Assembly (NCBI GenBank): GCA_012842045.1
Contig: DUTP01000003.1
Location: forward strand, 2,532 to 66,531
Direction: 5' to 3'
Source: Candidatus Dojkabacteria bacterium
GTDB lineage: Bacteria > Patescibacteriota > Dojkabacteria > SC72
DNA: 64,000 bases
Positions 18,099 to 27,646 of this stretch are shown in pieces (position 1 is the first letter of the stretch; each line of letters starts with the position of its first letter). Position numbers and translations under genes: made by a program. Under the pieces are notes generated by a model. The model did not search any database and was not told the DNA's origin. It saw only the letters and a list, made by a program, of their open reading frames with translations.

Positions 18099-19898
18099 TT
18101 ACCAATCACTAGTAGCAGACATCACTGCTGTTATTATGTTCTGTCCTTGATAACTTCCTGCCACAGTACCTGAAGGTACCTCAATTCCCCAGTAGGTATT
18201 CTTTTGTTGAGCAGTTGAAGAAATTGGCTTTTTGATTTTAAGTAGTACTGTTGCTGGTGAAGTTGAGAGAGAAGTTCCCGAACCGTATGCTGTTCCTGAA
18301 GTCATAGAGTATTGTTGTTTAGTTATGGAAATGGGTGTTCCTCCTGTACAACTAGGGTAGTTTGTACACATATTAGGCTTTGTAGAATCAACATGATGTG
18401 TTTGGTTTATACCTACATTTCCAGTAGCTCTTGTTGTAAGTGCTACTGTTAGAGACATATTAGCACCTGCACCCACATTACCATATGTTATATTATTTGG
18501 TGAAATACTAAAAGCGATAAGTTTCTTTACTTCTACTCCAGTTGTTGTCTGTGCATTGCCAGTTAGAGAACCACCATCTGTTGCTTTTACTGTTGCTAAC
18601 CAGTTTTCGCTTGCAAATTTAGAACCAGTATCTGTAGGGTCTGCATAGTACTGCATATTGGCAGTACAGTTATAAGTTGCTGTTCTACCACTACAGTTTG
18701 TTGTTGAACATGATAATTCAGGATAGCAGTAATTTCCATTCGGTGTAGCTGTGGCATCACATCCTGAGTAGCCAATACCTGACCTGTAGACATATGCTTT
18801 TACATTTGAAAGGGTACTACATCCGTTATCATCAGAAACTGTTGCTGTTATTGCTACTGGCTGTGTTGTTGATTCGGCTAGAGTGATTTCATTACTCCCT
18901 CCATGTAGTGAGACATCTGTAACTGTTGGTGCTACATTATTTACTGTAAAATGGGCATTTCTAGGTGTGTTACTTGCTAGTAAATTGAAATTATCTATAA
19001 CAAATGCATATGCATCGTTGGATCCTGCTGCATTAGGTTTTGGAACAGAATAAGAGCAGCTAGGATTTGCTGCTATCCCTTTATCTGGACTCCAACACCA
19101 CCTCTGAGATGGTCCTCCAGCACACTCTCCATTGGTTGGTGGGGTGTCTGATTTACATACTAGAAGTCTCACTCTACTTGTAGCATCAGGATTGTCTAAT
19201 AAATCAGGATCAGAAGGATTTAATGGTAATGGATCATCAGTATCTGAGGCTGTAGCTGTCCATGTTACTGTGGCTCCTGGATTAACAGTTGCAGATGATG
19301 GATCAATTGCTATTGCTGAGAATGTTGGAGGGTGGTTTACAAAGAAGGGTGAGCCAGAACCTCCTGTTCCTTGTGACATTGTACATTCAGAAGAAGCATT
19401 ATTATCACATACAAATGCATACCATGGATTTGACCAAGCATTACCAGGCACTGTCTGATATGAACAGCTTGCATCAGCTCCACTAGCTTGAGATGAGACA
19501 GGAGTAGCACAATATGGCGTTGCTCCTGCTGCACAACTAGGAGCATTTCCAGAAGTACCTTTTACTATAGCATTAGTAGAACAGACAATGAAATAGTAAG
19601 GCTCTCCATTCGGGTCTGTTGCATTAGCATTAAATGTTATAGTGGTACCAATAGCTGTTGGGTTAGTATCAGTACTAGTTGTAAATACTAAGGGGTCACT
19701 TGTGGGGACAGATTCTTCAGGACCAGTATTAAATGTAGGTGCACTATTCCCCACAGTAACATATGTAGAAATAGTTTCCACATCCCCTGTCTGAGCCTTA
19801 GCTTTAAAGATATATATAGTAGTTACTACTAAAATAGGTATTAATAGTAACAGGAATGTTTTTAGAAACTTCCCAGAAAAACCTTTTGTTTTCTTCAT
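18099..19898 (-). CDS. Cys/Thr-rich secreted Ig-like-domain protein with WxL-like C-terminus (paralog of 21376..23109)
   Basis: N-terminal TM/signal, VTVGNxxP and VNHxPTF repeats, C-terminal YWGIEVPSGTVAGSYQG. Confidence 0.75.
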   Translation of the reverse strand: MKKTKGFSGKFLKTFLLLLIPILVVTTIYIFKAKAQTGDVETISTYVTVGNSAPTFNTGPEESVPTSDPLVFTTSTDTNPTAIGTTITFNANATDPNGEPYYFIVCSTNAIVKGTSGNAPSCAAGATPYCATPVSSQASGADASCSYQTVPGNAWSNPWYAFVCDNNASSECTMSQGTGGSGSPFFVNHPPTFSAIAIDPSSATVNPGATVTWTATASDTDDPLPLNPSDPDLLDNPDATSRVRLLVCKSDTPPTNGECAGGPSQRWCWSPDKGIAANPSCSYSVPKPNAAGSNDAYAFVIDNFNLLASNTPRNAHFTVNNVAPTVTDVSLHGGSNEITLAESTTQPVAITATVSDDNGCSTLSNVKAYVYRSGIGYSGCDATATPNGNYCYPELSCSTTNCSGRTATYNCTANMQYYADPTDTGSKFASENWLATVKATDGGSLTGNAQTTTGVEVKKLIAFSISPNNITYGNVGAGANMSLTVALTTRATGNVGINQTHHVDSTKPNMCTNYPSCTGGTPISITKQQYSMTSGTAYGSGTSLSTSPATVLLKIKKPISSTAQQKNTYWGIEVPSGTVAGSYQGQNIITAVMSATSDW

Positions 19899-19929
19899 AA
19901 TGCTTTTAAATTTGTATTAATTACAATAA

Positions 19930-19961
19930 GATACAACTGCCTCATAAAAGACAGTTGTATC
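19930..19961 (-). terminator. Intergenic hairpin GATACAACTG...CAGTTGTATC
   Basis: 10-bp perfect stem downstream of 19972..21327. Confidence 0.45.
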
Positions 19962-19971
19962 CATTCTATTC

Positions 19972-21327
19972 CTAATTAACTTCCTTTCTATTAACAGACT
20001 TTATGATTGATTTACTAACCCAACCAGTAGTGCCATTTGGTAGTGAAACTTTATACCAACCAGCTGTTTCCTCAACTACAGTAAATGTCTCATCCTCTTT
20101 TGCTTCATATATAACTTTAGATGTTGTATCTGCTTTTGCATATACTGGGTATATTGTATCTCCTTGACTATCAACACTTTGGATGACATTAAGCATTGGT
20201 TGCTGTTTCTCCTTTATCATATCTTGTGTACCCTGTACTTCTTCCTTTCGATCTTTTACAATTGTTTCTTTAACTTCGATGCCAACAAGACTAGAAGCAA
20301 ACAAACCAACAAATACTAAGAATCCAAAACCTATTGAGAGCACTTGTCTTGTTGATGGTTTACTACCTAATGCGATAGAAGAAGTCTTTTCCTTCTCTTC
20401 TTCTGACTTATCTTTCCATAATTTGCTAATTAAGAAGTAGATTATCATTCCTGCTAGTATTGCTACGACAATCCATACTACATATGTCTTGTTGTCTTGT
20501 AAGAATTTAAATAAGGCAGGTGTAGTATCAACCTCTTCCTTCTCTGTTTTTGCTACTACAGGAGCTTCCTCCATAATTTTGAAAACCAGAAGATCTTTTC
20601 TTAGTGATTTAGCATTAAGAAAAACTTCTATTTCAATATAGTACTCTCCTAAGTCTAAGTCTGTGATGAATTGACCAGAGAGAACTTTTTGTTCATCTTC
20701 TTTTACAACACCTAAATTTGAAAGTTCATGCTCTTCCAATACATTGTTATTAGAATCCATAATAGTCACCTTTGCTGTAGGAGAAACATCTACATTACCC
20801 TCATTCTTAGCGGTAATATCTACTATAACAGGATGACCTTTTACGATATCATCGACCTCTATTAAAGTAATAGCTAAACTCTCAATATTCTCCTCTGTCA
20901 AGGTAAGGTCTCCATCTATCTTTAGCCCTTGTGCTATGGTAACTCCTTTCACTGCAGCATCAGAAGGATTGGCTTTAACTCTTAGAGAACCAGGATATTC
21001 TTTTAATTCTGCTGTTTCTGGTACTCTTACTTGAACCTTGAAAGTTTTAACTCTTTCTCCTTTCTCAAAAATGAATGTTCTACCAGGTGTGAAGACTAAC
21101 CAACTATTAGCTTCACCAAACTCTGGTTCTAAAACAATCATTATTTCATCTAAATTACCAGACCTCGAAAGTTTAAATTCTCGAGTATATGTTGAACCTG
21201 GTTTGAGATGCTTATTAATGATATCTGCAGGAGAAACACCAAAGCCTGCATTTACCAATGCTCCGCTTAGAGCAAGGAACATAACCCCTAGGGCTACTTT
21301 TTGTAAAATATTTTTTATGTTCTTCAT
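19972..21327 (-). CDS. WxL-interacting-like (DUF916-type) membrane protein with C-terminal SH3b domain
   Basis: Signal then FGVSPA...LKPG, NEGNV, two TM helices, C-terminal GWYKVSL..GTTGWV. Confidence 0.6.
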   Translation of the reverse strand: MKNIKNILQKVALGVMFLALSGALVNAGFGVSPADIINKHLKPGSTYTREFKLSRSGNLDEIMIVLEPEFGEANSWLVFTPGRTFIFEKGERVKTFKVQVRVPETAELKEYPGSLRVKANPSDAAVKGVTIAQGLKIDGDLTLTEENIESLAITLIEVDDIVKGHPVIVDITAKNEGNVDVSPTAKVTIMDSNNNVLEEHELSNLGVVKEDEQKVLSGQFITDLDLGEYYIEIEVFLNAKSLRKDLLVFKIMEEAPVVAKTEKEEVDTTPALFKFLQDNKTYVVWIVVAILAGMIIYFLISKLWKDKSEEEKEKTSSIALGSKPSTRQVLSIGFGFLVFVGLFASSLVGIEVKETIVKDRKEEVQGTQDMIKEKQQPMLNVIQSVDSQGDTIYPVYAKADTTSKVIYEAKEDETFTVVEETAGWYKVSLPNGTTGWVSKSIIKSVNRKEVN

Positions 21328-21375
21328 ATTGTTTTTAAATATATGTAAATATTAATTTATTTTGAATTTCTTCAA

Positions 21376-23109
21376 TTACCAATCACCAGTAGCACTCTTC
21401 TGTGCTGTTATTGTATTACTACCACTATATACACCTGTGGCTGTACCACCTGGGATGTTTATACCCCAGTATGTACTTGCTCCTGTAGGGCTTGTACTTA
21501 GTGGCTTTGGAATTTTTAATAGAACAGTAGCAGGACTTGTGCCTAAAACAAAGGCATTGGTTGTATCACTGTAAAGTATATTCGAAGTTAAAGCATATTT
21601 CTGATTGCTTACATAGATAGGTGTAAATCCACTTGCAGTTGAACATGTGTCGAAATCTGTACACATGTATTCAGAACCTGAATGGTCTTGATTTATTCCA
21701 GTATTGCCCGTAGGTGTTGTTGTTAAAACTTTGTCTAAGTATTCATTAGAATCCCCAGGTTCTAATTCGCCATAGTTGATAGTTCCTGTTATGCTAAAAC
21801 CAAGTAAGGAGTTAACTTCTACTCCTGTTCCTAAAACAAGATTACCAGTAGCAGTAGCTACATCAGTTGCATGTACATTTGCTAGCCAGTTGTCAGCTGT
21901 ATATGGAGTGTTTGCATCAGTAGGGTCTGCATGGAACTGCATAGAAACCTTACAAACATAGTTTGCAACACCGCTTGATTCTACACATGAGTTTTCCACT
22001 TGGTTACATGTAACCGGTGTATAACAATTGTTAGGATTGTGGTGTCCAATATTGGTGCATGTTACAGAGGATCTGTAAACATTGGCATATACACTTTGTA
22101 CATTTGAACAACCATTCTTATCAGTAACGGTTGCTTTTACATCAACATTTACAGTAGTGTTTTCTTCAAGTACGATGTTATTGCCATCGTTTAGTGTTAC
22201 ATTAGTTACTACTGGAGCCATATTATTTACAGTAAAAGTAGAGTTTGCTTCTTGTGATCCTCCAGATGCAGGTAAGTTGTGGGCATCTACAACATATACA
22301 TAGGCATCAAATGTCCCCGCTACATGTACTTCATCCATCTCGTATGAGCAGGTAGGATTTGATGCTGAAAGTTCACCTACACACCAACTCTCTCCAACAC
22401 AAGCTCCATTAGAAATTCCTCCACCGTTTGCTGCATCCTTTTTACAAACAACTAATTTTACCTGGTTGTTATCTGGGTCAGAGGCTGTTGCTGTCCATGT
22501 AACAGTTTCTCCTGGATTTTTAGGAGAGTTATTAGAAATTGCTGTAAATGTAGGAGCATGATTTACATAGAAAGGAGAGCTTGCATCTTCCCCTGTAAGT
22601 CCCTGATGTCCAGCAGAACATGCAGGTTGAGCATTATTATCACAAACAAATGCATACCATTCATTATTCCAGGAGTCTCCTGCTTTTGCTGTATACTGAC
22701 AAGTAGCTTGTTGTCCGCTAGCTGTCTCTATACTAGTACAGAGAGTATTAGCAGCAGAAGAACATGTACCTGGACCTGTTGTGTCAGGTTCAGTTATACT
22801 ATTTGTTCTACAGATAGTCATATAGTATGGTTCTCCATTACTATCCTCAGCATTTGCTTTGAAAGTGATAACTCCTCCGATTGCGGTTGGACTTGTGGTA
22901 CTACTTGCAGGAGATTCTACTGGTTCATAACCATCCATAAACTTAGGAGATGCATTTCCAACAGTAACCTCAGTAGGTATATCTACTGTTGTATATGCTC
23001 TTGTTTTGAATCCCTTAATTAAAAAAAAGGTGCATCCAAAGAGAGCAAGAACCACTAAGCTTCCAAGTGCGAAAATTCTTGTGGTAGAAAGGTTTTTAGT
23101 GTTTTTCAT
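21376..23109 (-). CDS. Cys/Thr-rich secreted protein with WxL-like C-terminus (paralog of 18099..19898)
   Basis: Shared blocks WYAFVCDNN, SPFxVNHxPTF, ADPTD, ATVLLKI, YWGI..P.GT..G.Y.G, terminal DW. Confidence 0.75.
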   Translation of the reverse strand: MKNTKNLSTTRIFALGSLVVLALFGCTFFLIKGFKTRAYTTVDIPTEVTVGNASPKFMDGYEPVESPASSTTSPTAIGGVITFKANAEDSNGEPYYMTICRTNSITEPDTTGPGTCSSAANTLCTSIETASGQQATCQYTAKAGDSWNNEWYAFVCDNNAQPACSAGHQGLTGEDASSPFYVNHAPTFTAISNNSPKNPGETVTWTATASDPDNNQVKLVVCKKDAANGGGISNGACVGESWCVGELSASNPTCSYEMDEVHVAGTFDAYVYVVDAHNLPASGGSQEANSTFTVNNMAPVVTNVTLNDGNNIVLEENTTVNVDVKATVTDKNGCSNVQSVYANVYRSSVTCTNIGHHNPNNCYTPVTCNQVENSCVESSGVANYVCKVSMQFHADPTDANTPYTADNWLANVHATDVATATGNLVLGTGVEVNSLLGFSITGTINYGELEPGDSNEYLDKVLTTTPTGNTGINQDHSGSEYMCTDFDTCSTASGFTPIYVSNQKYALTSNILYSDTTNAFVLGTSPATVLLKIPKPLSTSPTGASTYWGINIPGGTATGVYSGSNTITAQKSATGDW

Positions 23110-23155
23110 ACATATACATTTAACTTAATCTATATAAACATTACATTAGTACTCT

Positions 23156-24448
23156 TTAAAAATCAACACCTTTGAGTAATTTTTCTATCTCTAACAATCT
23201 ATTATATTTTGCAACCCTCTCTCCTCTAACAGGTCCTCCAAATTTTGAGAACTTAGCAGGAGTAGCAACAACTAAATCTGCTATGAAAACATCTACAGTT
23301 TCTCCGCTTCTGTGTGAGACAATACTATCCATACCATTATCAGTAGCCATCCTTATAGCATCCAAGGTTTCTGTCACTGTTCCAATCTGATTAGGTTTCG
23401 CTAAAAGAGTATTGGCAGATTTCTCTTTAATACATTTTTCAATTCTCTTAACATTTGTAGTTAGTAAATCATCGCCAACAGTTCTTTTACCATCTTTACC
23501 AAAGTCAGCTGTGAATTTAGTCCATGTTTCCCAATCATCCTCATGGAAAGGATCTTCAACAGAGATAATTGGATATTTTGAGTACAATTCTTTTTGTTGT
23601 GCATACCACTCATCTGTGGTTAAAGGAGTCTTTCTTGCATTAAGTTTATACACTTTTTCATCCTCATCGTAGAATTCAGAAGATGCTACATCAATAGCTA
23701 AATTAAATTCACTACCTGGTTTAAATCCTGCTTTTTCAATTGCTTCAACCATTATTTGAAATGCTTCTTCATTACTTCCTTTTATCTCTTTTGGTGCAAA
23801 TGCTCCTTCGAAACCAACACCTATTGAGTAGTTTTTTTCGATAAGAATTTGTTCTAAATTTTTGTAAACCTTAACACCAGCTCTTAGTGACTCTGTAAAA
23901 CTTCCAAATCTCTCTATATTAGGTACAACCATATATTCCTGTATATCTGTTGCCCAGTCACCATGCTTTCCACCTTCTAGAACCAAAAGTAGTGGAGTAG
24001 GTAGTTGGAATTTGTCATTAGAATACTTATCTGCCCAATATATCATTCCTAGGTATTGATACATCTCTATTCCAAAGCTGTTAGCAACGGCTCTACAGAA
24101 TGCAATTGAACATGAAAGGATACTGTTTCCACCTAGTTTGGTCTTTAACTCTGTTCCATCTGCTTCTAAAAGAATTTGATCAAATTCTTCTTGATTCTCT
24201 ATTGTTCTATCTTTAAATAGAGGGGCGATAGTTTTGTTTACAATATCAACAGCTTTAAGTACTCCTTTGCCATCGTATCTTTTTTTATCACCATCTCTTA
24301 ACTCAAGTACCTCTGTTTTTCCAGTTGAAGCACCAGATGGTATAGAAGCCACCCCAGTTGTTCCATCTAGCAATTCTATGGTAGTTTCAATTGTAGGATT
24401 ACCATTAGAATCAAGTATTTCTCTTGCGTAAATCTTTTCTATCTTCAT
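23156..24448 (-). CDS. eno: Enolase
   Basis: REILDS.GNPT, PSGASTG, VEDPF, VGDDL, SHRSGET, ERVAKYN; start likely MKIEK. Confidence 0.95.
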   Translation of the reverse strand: MKIEKIYAREILDSNGNPTIETTIELLDGTTGVASIPSGASTGKTEVLELRDGDKKRYDGKGVLKAVDIVNKTIAPLFKDRTIENQEEFDQILLEADGTELKTKLGGNSILSCSIAFCRAVANSFGIEMYQYLGMIYWADKYSNDKFQLPTPLLLVLEGGKHGDWATDIQEYMVVPNIERFGSFTESLRAGVKVYKNLEQILIEKNYSIGVGFEGAFAPKEIKGSNEEAFQIMVEAIEKAGFKPGSEFNLAIDVASSEFYDEDEKVYKLNARKTPLTTDEWYAQQKELYSKYPIISVEDPFHEDDWETWTKFTADFGKDGKRTVGDDLLTTNVKRIEKCIKEKSANTLLAKPNQIGTVTETLDAIRMATDNGMDSIVSHRSGETVDVFIADLVVATPAKFSKFGGPVRGERVAKYNRLLEIEKLLKGVDF

Positions 24449-24580
24449 ATGCTGATCTATGTTTATGAACTTATTTTGAATCATTTTGAACCAAAACAGC
24501 AAACATTGCAAATTTAAAAACAACTCAATCTGGTTGAGTTTCTTTTTTCTCTTTGATAGAATTACAACATTCTACACTTA

Positions 24581-24666
24581 GCTGAGGTGGTGGAACTGGC
24601 AGACACGCTACCTTGAGGTGGTAGTGGGAGTTAAATCCCTTGCAGGTTCGATTCCTGTCCTCAGCA
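24581..24666 (+). tRNA. tRNA-Leu(GAG)
   Basis: GCTGAGG/CCTCAGC acceptor, CTACC-TTGAGGT-GGTAG anticodon arm, long variable arm. Confidence 0.93.
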
Positions 24667-24676
24667 TATGTGATAT

Positions 24677-24751
24677 GGACGACTAGCTCAGCTGGTCTAG
24701 AGCATCTCGTTTACACCGAGAGGGTCACAGGTTCGAATCCTGTGTCGTCCA
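24677..24751 (+). tRNA. tRNA-Val(TAC)
   Basis: GGACGAC/GTCGTCC acceptor, TCTCG-TTTACAC-CGAGA anticodon arm. Confidence 0.95.
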
Positions 24752-24819
24752 TTTTCTTTTATCTACAACAAATATTGTCATTGTTGACACAGCTTAATAC
24801 TCATACTATTATAGTTTAT

Positions 24820-25074
24820 ATGAGTATTAAAAGAGCAGGATTGTTAATAGGAGGGGCAGTGATACTGGGTATCATTGCAGGTATTCTCACAAAGAATGTA
24901 TTGATAGGTATCGTCTTTGTAATTCTTGTAGGAGGATTTGGGATGATGTGGAGATATATTCGAAGGAATGAAAGGATGGATACTGCAGAGAGAGAGCATA
25001 TTCCTGAACGTACAAGTCTCTTATCCCCAGAACCTCAGCAGGAAAAGAATGAACCTCCTGTAGAAAAAATGTAA
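24820..25074 (+). CDS. Small two-TM membrane protein
   Basis: Real start probably MSIKRAG at 24820; the longer ORF overlaps two tRNAs. Confidence 0.6.
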   Translation: MSIKRAGLLIGGAVILGIIAGILTKNVLIGIVFVILVGGFGMMWRYIRRNERMDTAEREHIPERTSLLSPEPQQEKNEPPVEKM

Positions 25075-25154
25075 TATCTCTTACCGATTTTTAATGTAGG
25101 AGTTTTAGTTTTATTTCTCAAGTTAGATTTTTGATATAATAATCAACATAGTTT

Positions 25155-25228
25155 GGATGATTAGCTCAGCTGGTTAGAGCACTACATTCACATTGTAGGG
25201 GTCATTGGTTCGAATCCAATATCATCCA
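25155..25228 (+). tRNA. tRNA-Val(CAC)
   Basis: GGATGAT/ATCATCC acceptor, CTACA-TTCACAT-TGTAG anticodon arm. Confidence 0.93.
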
Positions 25229-25897
25229 TTTTTCTTTTTTCTTTTTGATATAGCTTTGAAGAAAGAAAAGAAATACACCTAAAGCTAAACATGTTTCAGC
25301 TACCTCATAATCCTGTGGCATAAAACCATATTTGTTTCTGGATAACAGATTAATAAAAAGAGGAAAGAAGTAAAAGAAGTAATTCCACTCAGGTATAATA
25401 TGATTAAGTGTTTTCTTAAAAGCTTCTCTAATATTTGTTGATTTTTTAATCAATCTTTTCCCAATCCATGCAAAACAACCTATAAATCCTAATACTATAT
25501 AAATATATCCAATAATAGAGTGAATAGTATCTATATTATGAATATTCTGTTCTCCTTGTACATTTCGCTCCATAAGTTCTGTTGGTAAAGAGAGAATATT
25601 AGGTAAAAAAGGAATTCTCTCTCCCCAACTAATCTCCTCAAAAGCAATGAAGATAAGACCTAAGGTAAGAATAATATATATCACTAAGAGAAACCTGTTT
25701 TCTTTGTACTTAATTGCTAATAGTATTGTTAAAATACCAGAAAATAAGTAGAGAAAGAATTGTCCCCATTCTAAAAGATTGTCTTCAGCTCCTACTCTTT
25801 GGTATACAGGAAAACTAAAGCTCCTTAGTAAAAGCAGATAAATAATTAGGATTAAAGGTAAAATAAGTATAATAATTTTCCAAATGTTTTTCTTCAT
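25202..25897 (-). CDS. Polytopic membrane protein (EEISWG/E.N.HN family)
   Basis: Multiple TM helices with EDN..E, EEISWGER and EQNIHN; 3' end overlaps tRNA-Val antisense. Confidence 0.75.
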   Translation of the reverse strand: MKKNIWKIIILILPLILIIYLLLLRSFSFPVYQRVGAEDNLLEWGQFFLYLFSGILTILLAIKYKENRFLLVIYIILTLGLIFIAFEEISWGERIPFLPNILSLPTELMERNVQGEQNIHNIDTIHSIIGYIYIVLGFIGCFAWIGKRLIKKSTNIREAFKKTLNHIIPEWNYFFYFFPLFINLLSRNKYGFMPQDYEVAETCLALGVFLFFLQSYIKKKKEKWMILDSNQ

Positions 25898-25906
25898 AAA
25901 CTGCTT

Positions 25907-26392
25907 TTAAATTTCACTAGTACAGAAAGGACATTTCTTAGCATCTTTATCAATACTGGATTTACAGAAAGGACACTTTTTTGTTGTATTTTCATGTTTC
26001 TCCTGTTCATCTTTTTTGTGTTTCTTACTCAATTTGCTAATCCAGGAGATAATAATAAAGAGTGTAAATGAAGTTATTAGAAAAGATATTAAAGCATCTA
26101 TAAAATTACCATATGTAAATACTATTTCTCCTGCTTCTTGGGCTGCCTCAAGAGATTCATAATGATTTTGTCCTAAAACAAAATATCTATGACTAAAATC
26201 AATACCTGAGAGTAATTTAGCTAATGGAGGGTTAATAATATCTTTGATAAGAGATTCTACAACAGAGGTTATGGCTGAACCAATTATCATACCGATAGCA
26301 ATATCTATGACAGATCCTTTAAAAGCGAAATCTTTAAATCTTTCAGCAAATCCCTCAATTTTTTCTTTTATTGTTTTTCTCTTTTTTTTCAT
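25907..26392 (-). CDS. mscL: Large-conductance mechanosensitive channel with C-terminal CxxC...CxxC zinc ribbon
   Basis: FKDFAFKGSVIDIAIG, DIINP, YGNFI; KCPFC...KCPFC. Confidence 0.9.
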   Translation of the reverse strand: MKKKRKTIKEKIEGFAERFKDFAFKGSVIDIAIGMIIGSAITSVVESLIKDIINPPLAKLLSGIDFSHRYFVLGQNHYESLEAAQEAGEIVFTYGNFIDALISFLITSFTLFIIISWISKLSKKHKKDEQEKHENTTKKCPFCKSSIDKDAKKCPFCTSEI

Positions 26393-27602
26393 CGCTAATA
26401 TCTTTTATAAATTTAATAACAAGAAACAAAATAGTTGATAATGTTAACAGACTATACAAAATTATTTGATTTTGAACAACAATATCAATAGAAGAGTTTC
26501 TCAAAGTAAACAATATTATCTGTAGTACAGTTGCACAGAAGAGTATTAAAATGTAGGAATATGTATTGTTTGAGATAAAATAGTTGGCAATCATATATAC
26601 AATTGAATATCCAGTCATACATAATCCAAAAATCCCTAGATATTTAACAATACTTAGGTACTGTTCTCCAACAGAGAATTTTACAACCAATTCTCCAAAG
26701 AGGAAGAAGATAGCAGAAAGAACAACTCCTATAGCTAAAGATAAGGCTAGTGCTATTAATAAACTTCTTCTTTTTCGTTTAGCTTTTTCTTCATTGGTTA
26801 ATCTTGCAAACATAACAGAAGAGGTTATCACACATGCAAAATATACAATTTTCCCTAAGAGGGAGAGAGAAGAATATTCTGCTCTAAATGCTTCATTCAC
26901 TAATATCAAGTCTAATGTGAAGGGCATGGTGAGTAGTAGAAATGAGATACTCATTAGAAAAAATTCCTTCCAGTTCTGTCCTGCTATTTTCTTCTTTACT
27001 GTTTTGTATTGAAGCAAAGGAATTATTAAAACAGTAGTAGCAATTGTTGGTAGAGTGTTGGAAAGAATGAGCAAAGGAATATCTCCTCCTCTATTTATTG
27101 CAATTATGCCAACAAGAAACCTTAGTAATGTCTCACCTAGTAAGATAAAGTTAACTGTAATAACTTTTTCTTCTCCTAATAACAAACCTTTAGATACAGG
27201 GGAGATGAATGAGAAAATTAATGCGATTGCTAAATAAATCATATATTCAACAGGGAGAGATGCTATCTCTGCAATAGGATGTCTGAGTAAGAAGAAAATT
27301 CCTGCTACGACTACTCCTAATATTGAGAAGGAGATTAGAGTACTCCATTTGTATGTATTAAGGTCTTTATCTTTGTTTTGAGCAACTGTTTTAGTGACTA
27401 GAGATTGTACTGATGTACCGGCTATTTGTGATAGGTATATAATGCCAAGAGCAGCACTGAATGTCCCAAATATTACAGGTGATGTATATTTAGCTACTAG
27501 GATATTAAAAGCATAGTTTAAGAGACCAACTATTCCTCCTAGTACTGTTGTTAGGAATAGGTTTATTATAAATTTTCTTTCTTTACCTAACAATTTAGCC
27601 AT
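26355..27602 (-). CDS. MOP-superfamily oligosaccharide flippase-like membrane protein
   Basis: About 12 TM helices; N-terminal LLNYAFNILVAK..FG.F pattern. Confidence 0.7.
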   Translation of the reverse strand: MAKLLGKERKFIINLFLTTVLGGIVGLLNYAFNILVAKYTSPVIFGTFSAALGIIYLSQIAGTSVQSLVTKTVAQNKDKDLNTYKWSTLISFSILGVVVAGIFFLLRHPIAEIASLPVEYMIYLAIALIFSFISPVSKGLLLGEEKVITVNFILLGETLLRFLVGIIAINRGGDIPLLILSNTLPTIATTVLIIPLLQYKTVKKKIAGQNWKEFFLMSISFLLLTMPFTLDLILVNEAFRAEYSSLSLLGKIVYFACVITSSVMFARLTNEEKAKRKRRSLLIALALSLAIGVVLSAIFFLFGELVVKFSVGEQYLSIVKYLGIFGLCMTGYSIVYMIANYFISNNTYSYILILFCATVLQIILFTLRNSSIDIVVQNQIILYSLLTLSTILFLVIKFIKDISDEKKEKNNKRKN

Positions 27603-27646
27603 ATTTGTTGTTATAATAAAGTATTAATATGTAACATTTTATCATT

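Noticed and set aside
24640-24819. N-terminal part of the 144-aa ORF
   Set aside because: It is a translation of tRNA-Leu and tRNA-Val; the real gene most likely starts at 24820
25202-25228. ORF ending KWMILDSNQ* antisense over the tRNA-Val(CAC) 3' end, similar to the integrase/tRNA-Asn overlap
   Set aside because: No recombinase nearby and no duplicated tRNA end that I could find; most simply a convergent gene running into the tRNA
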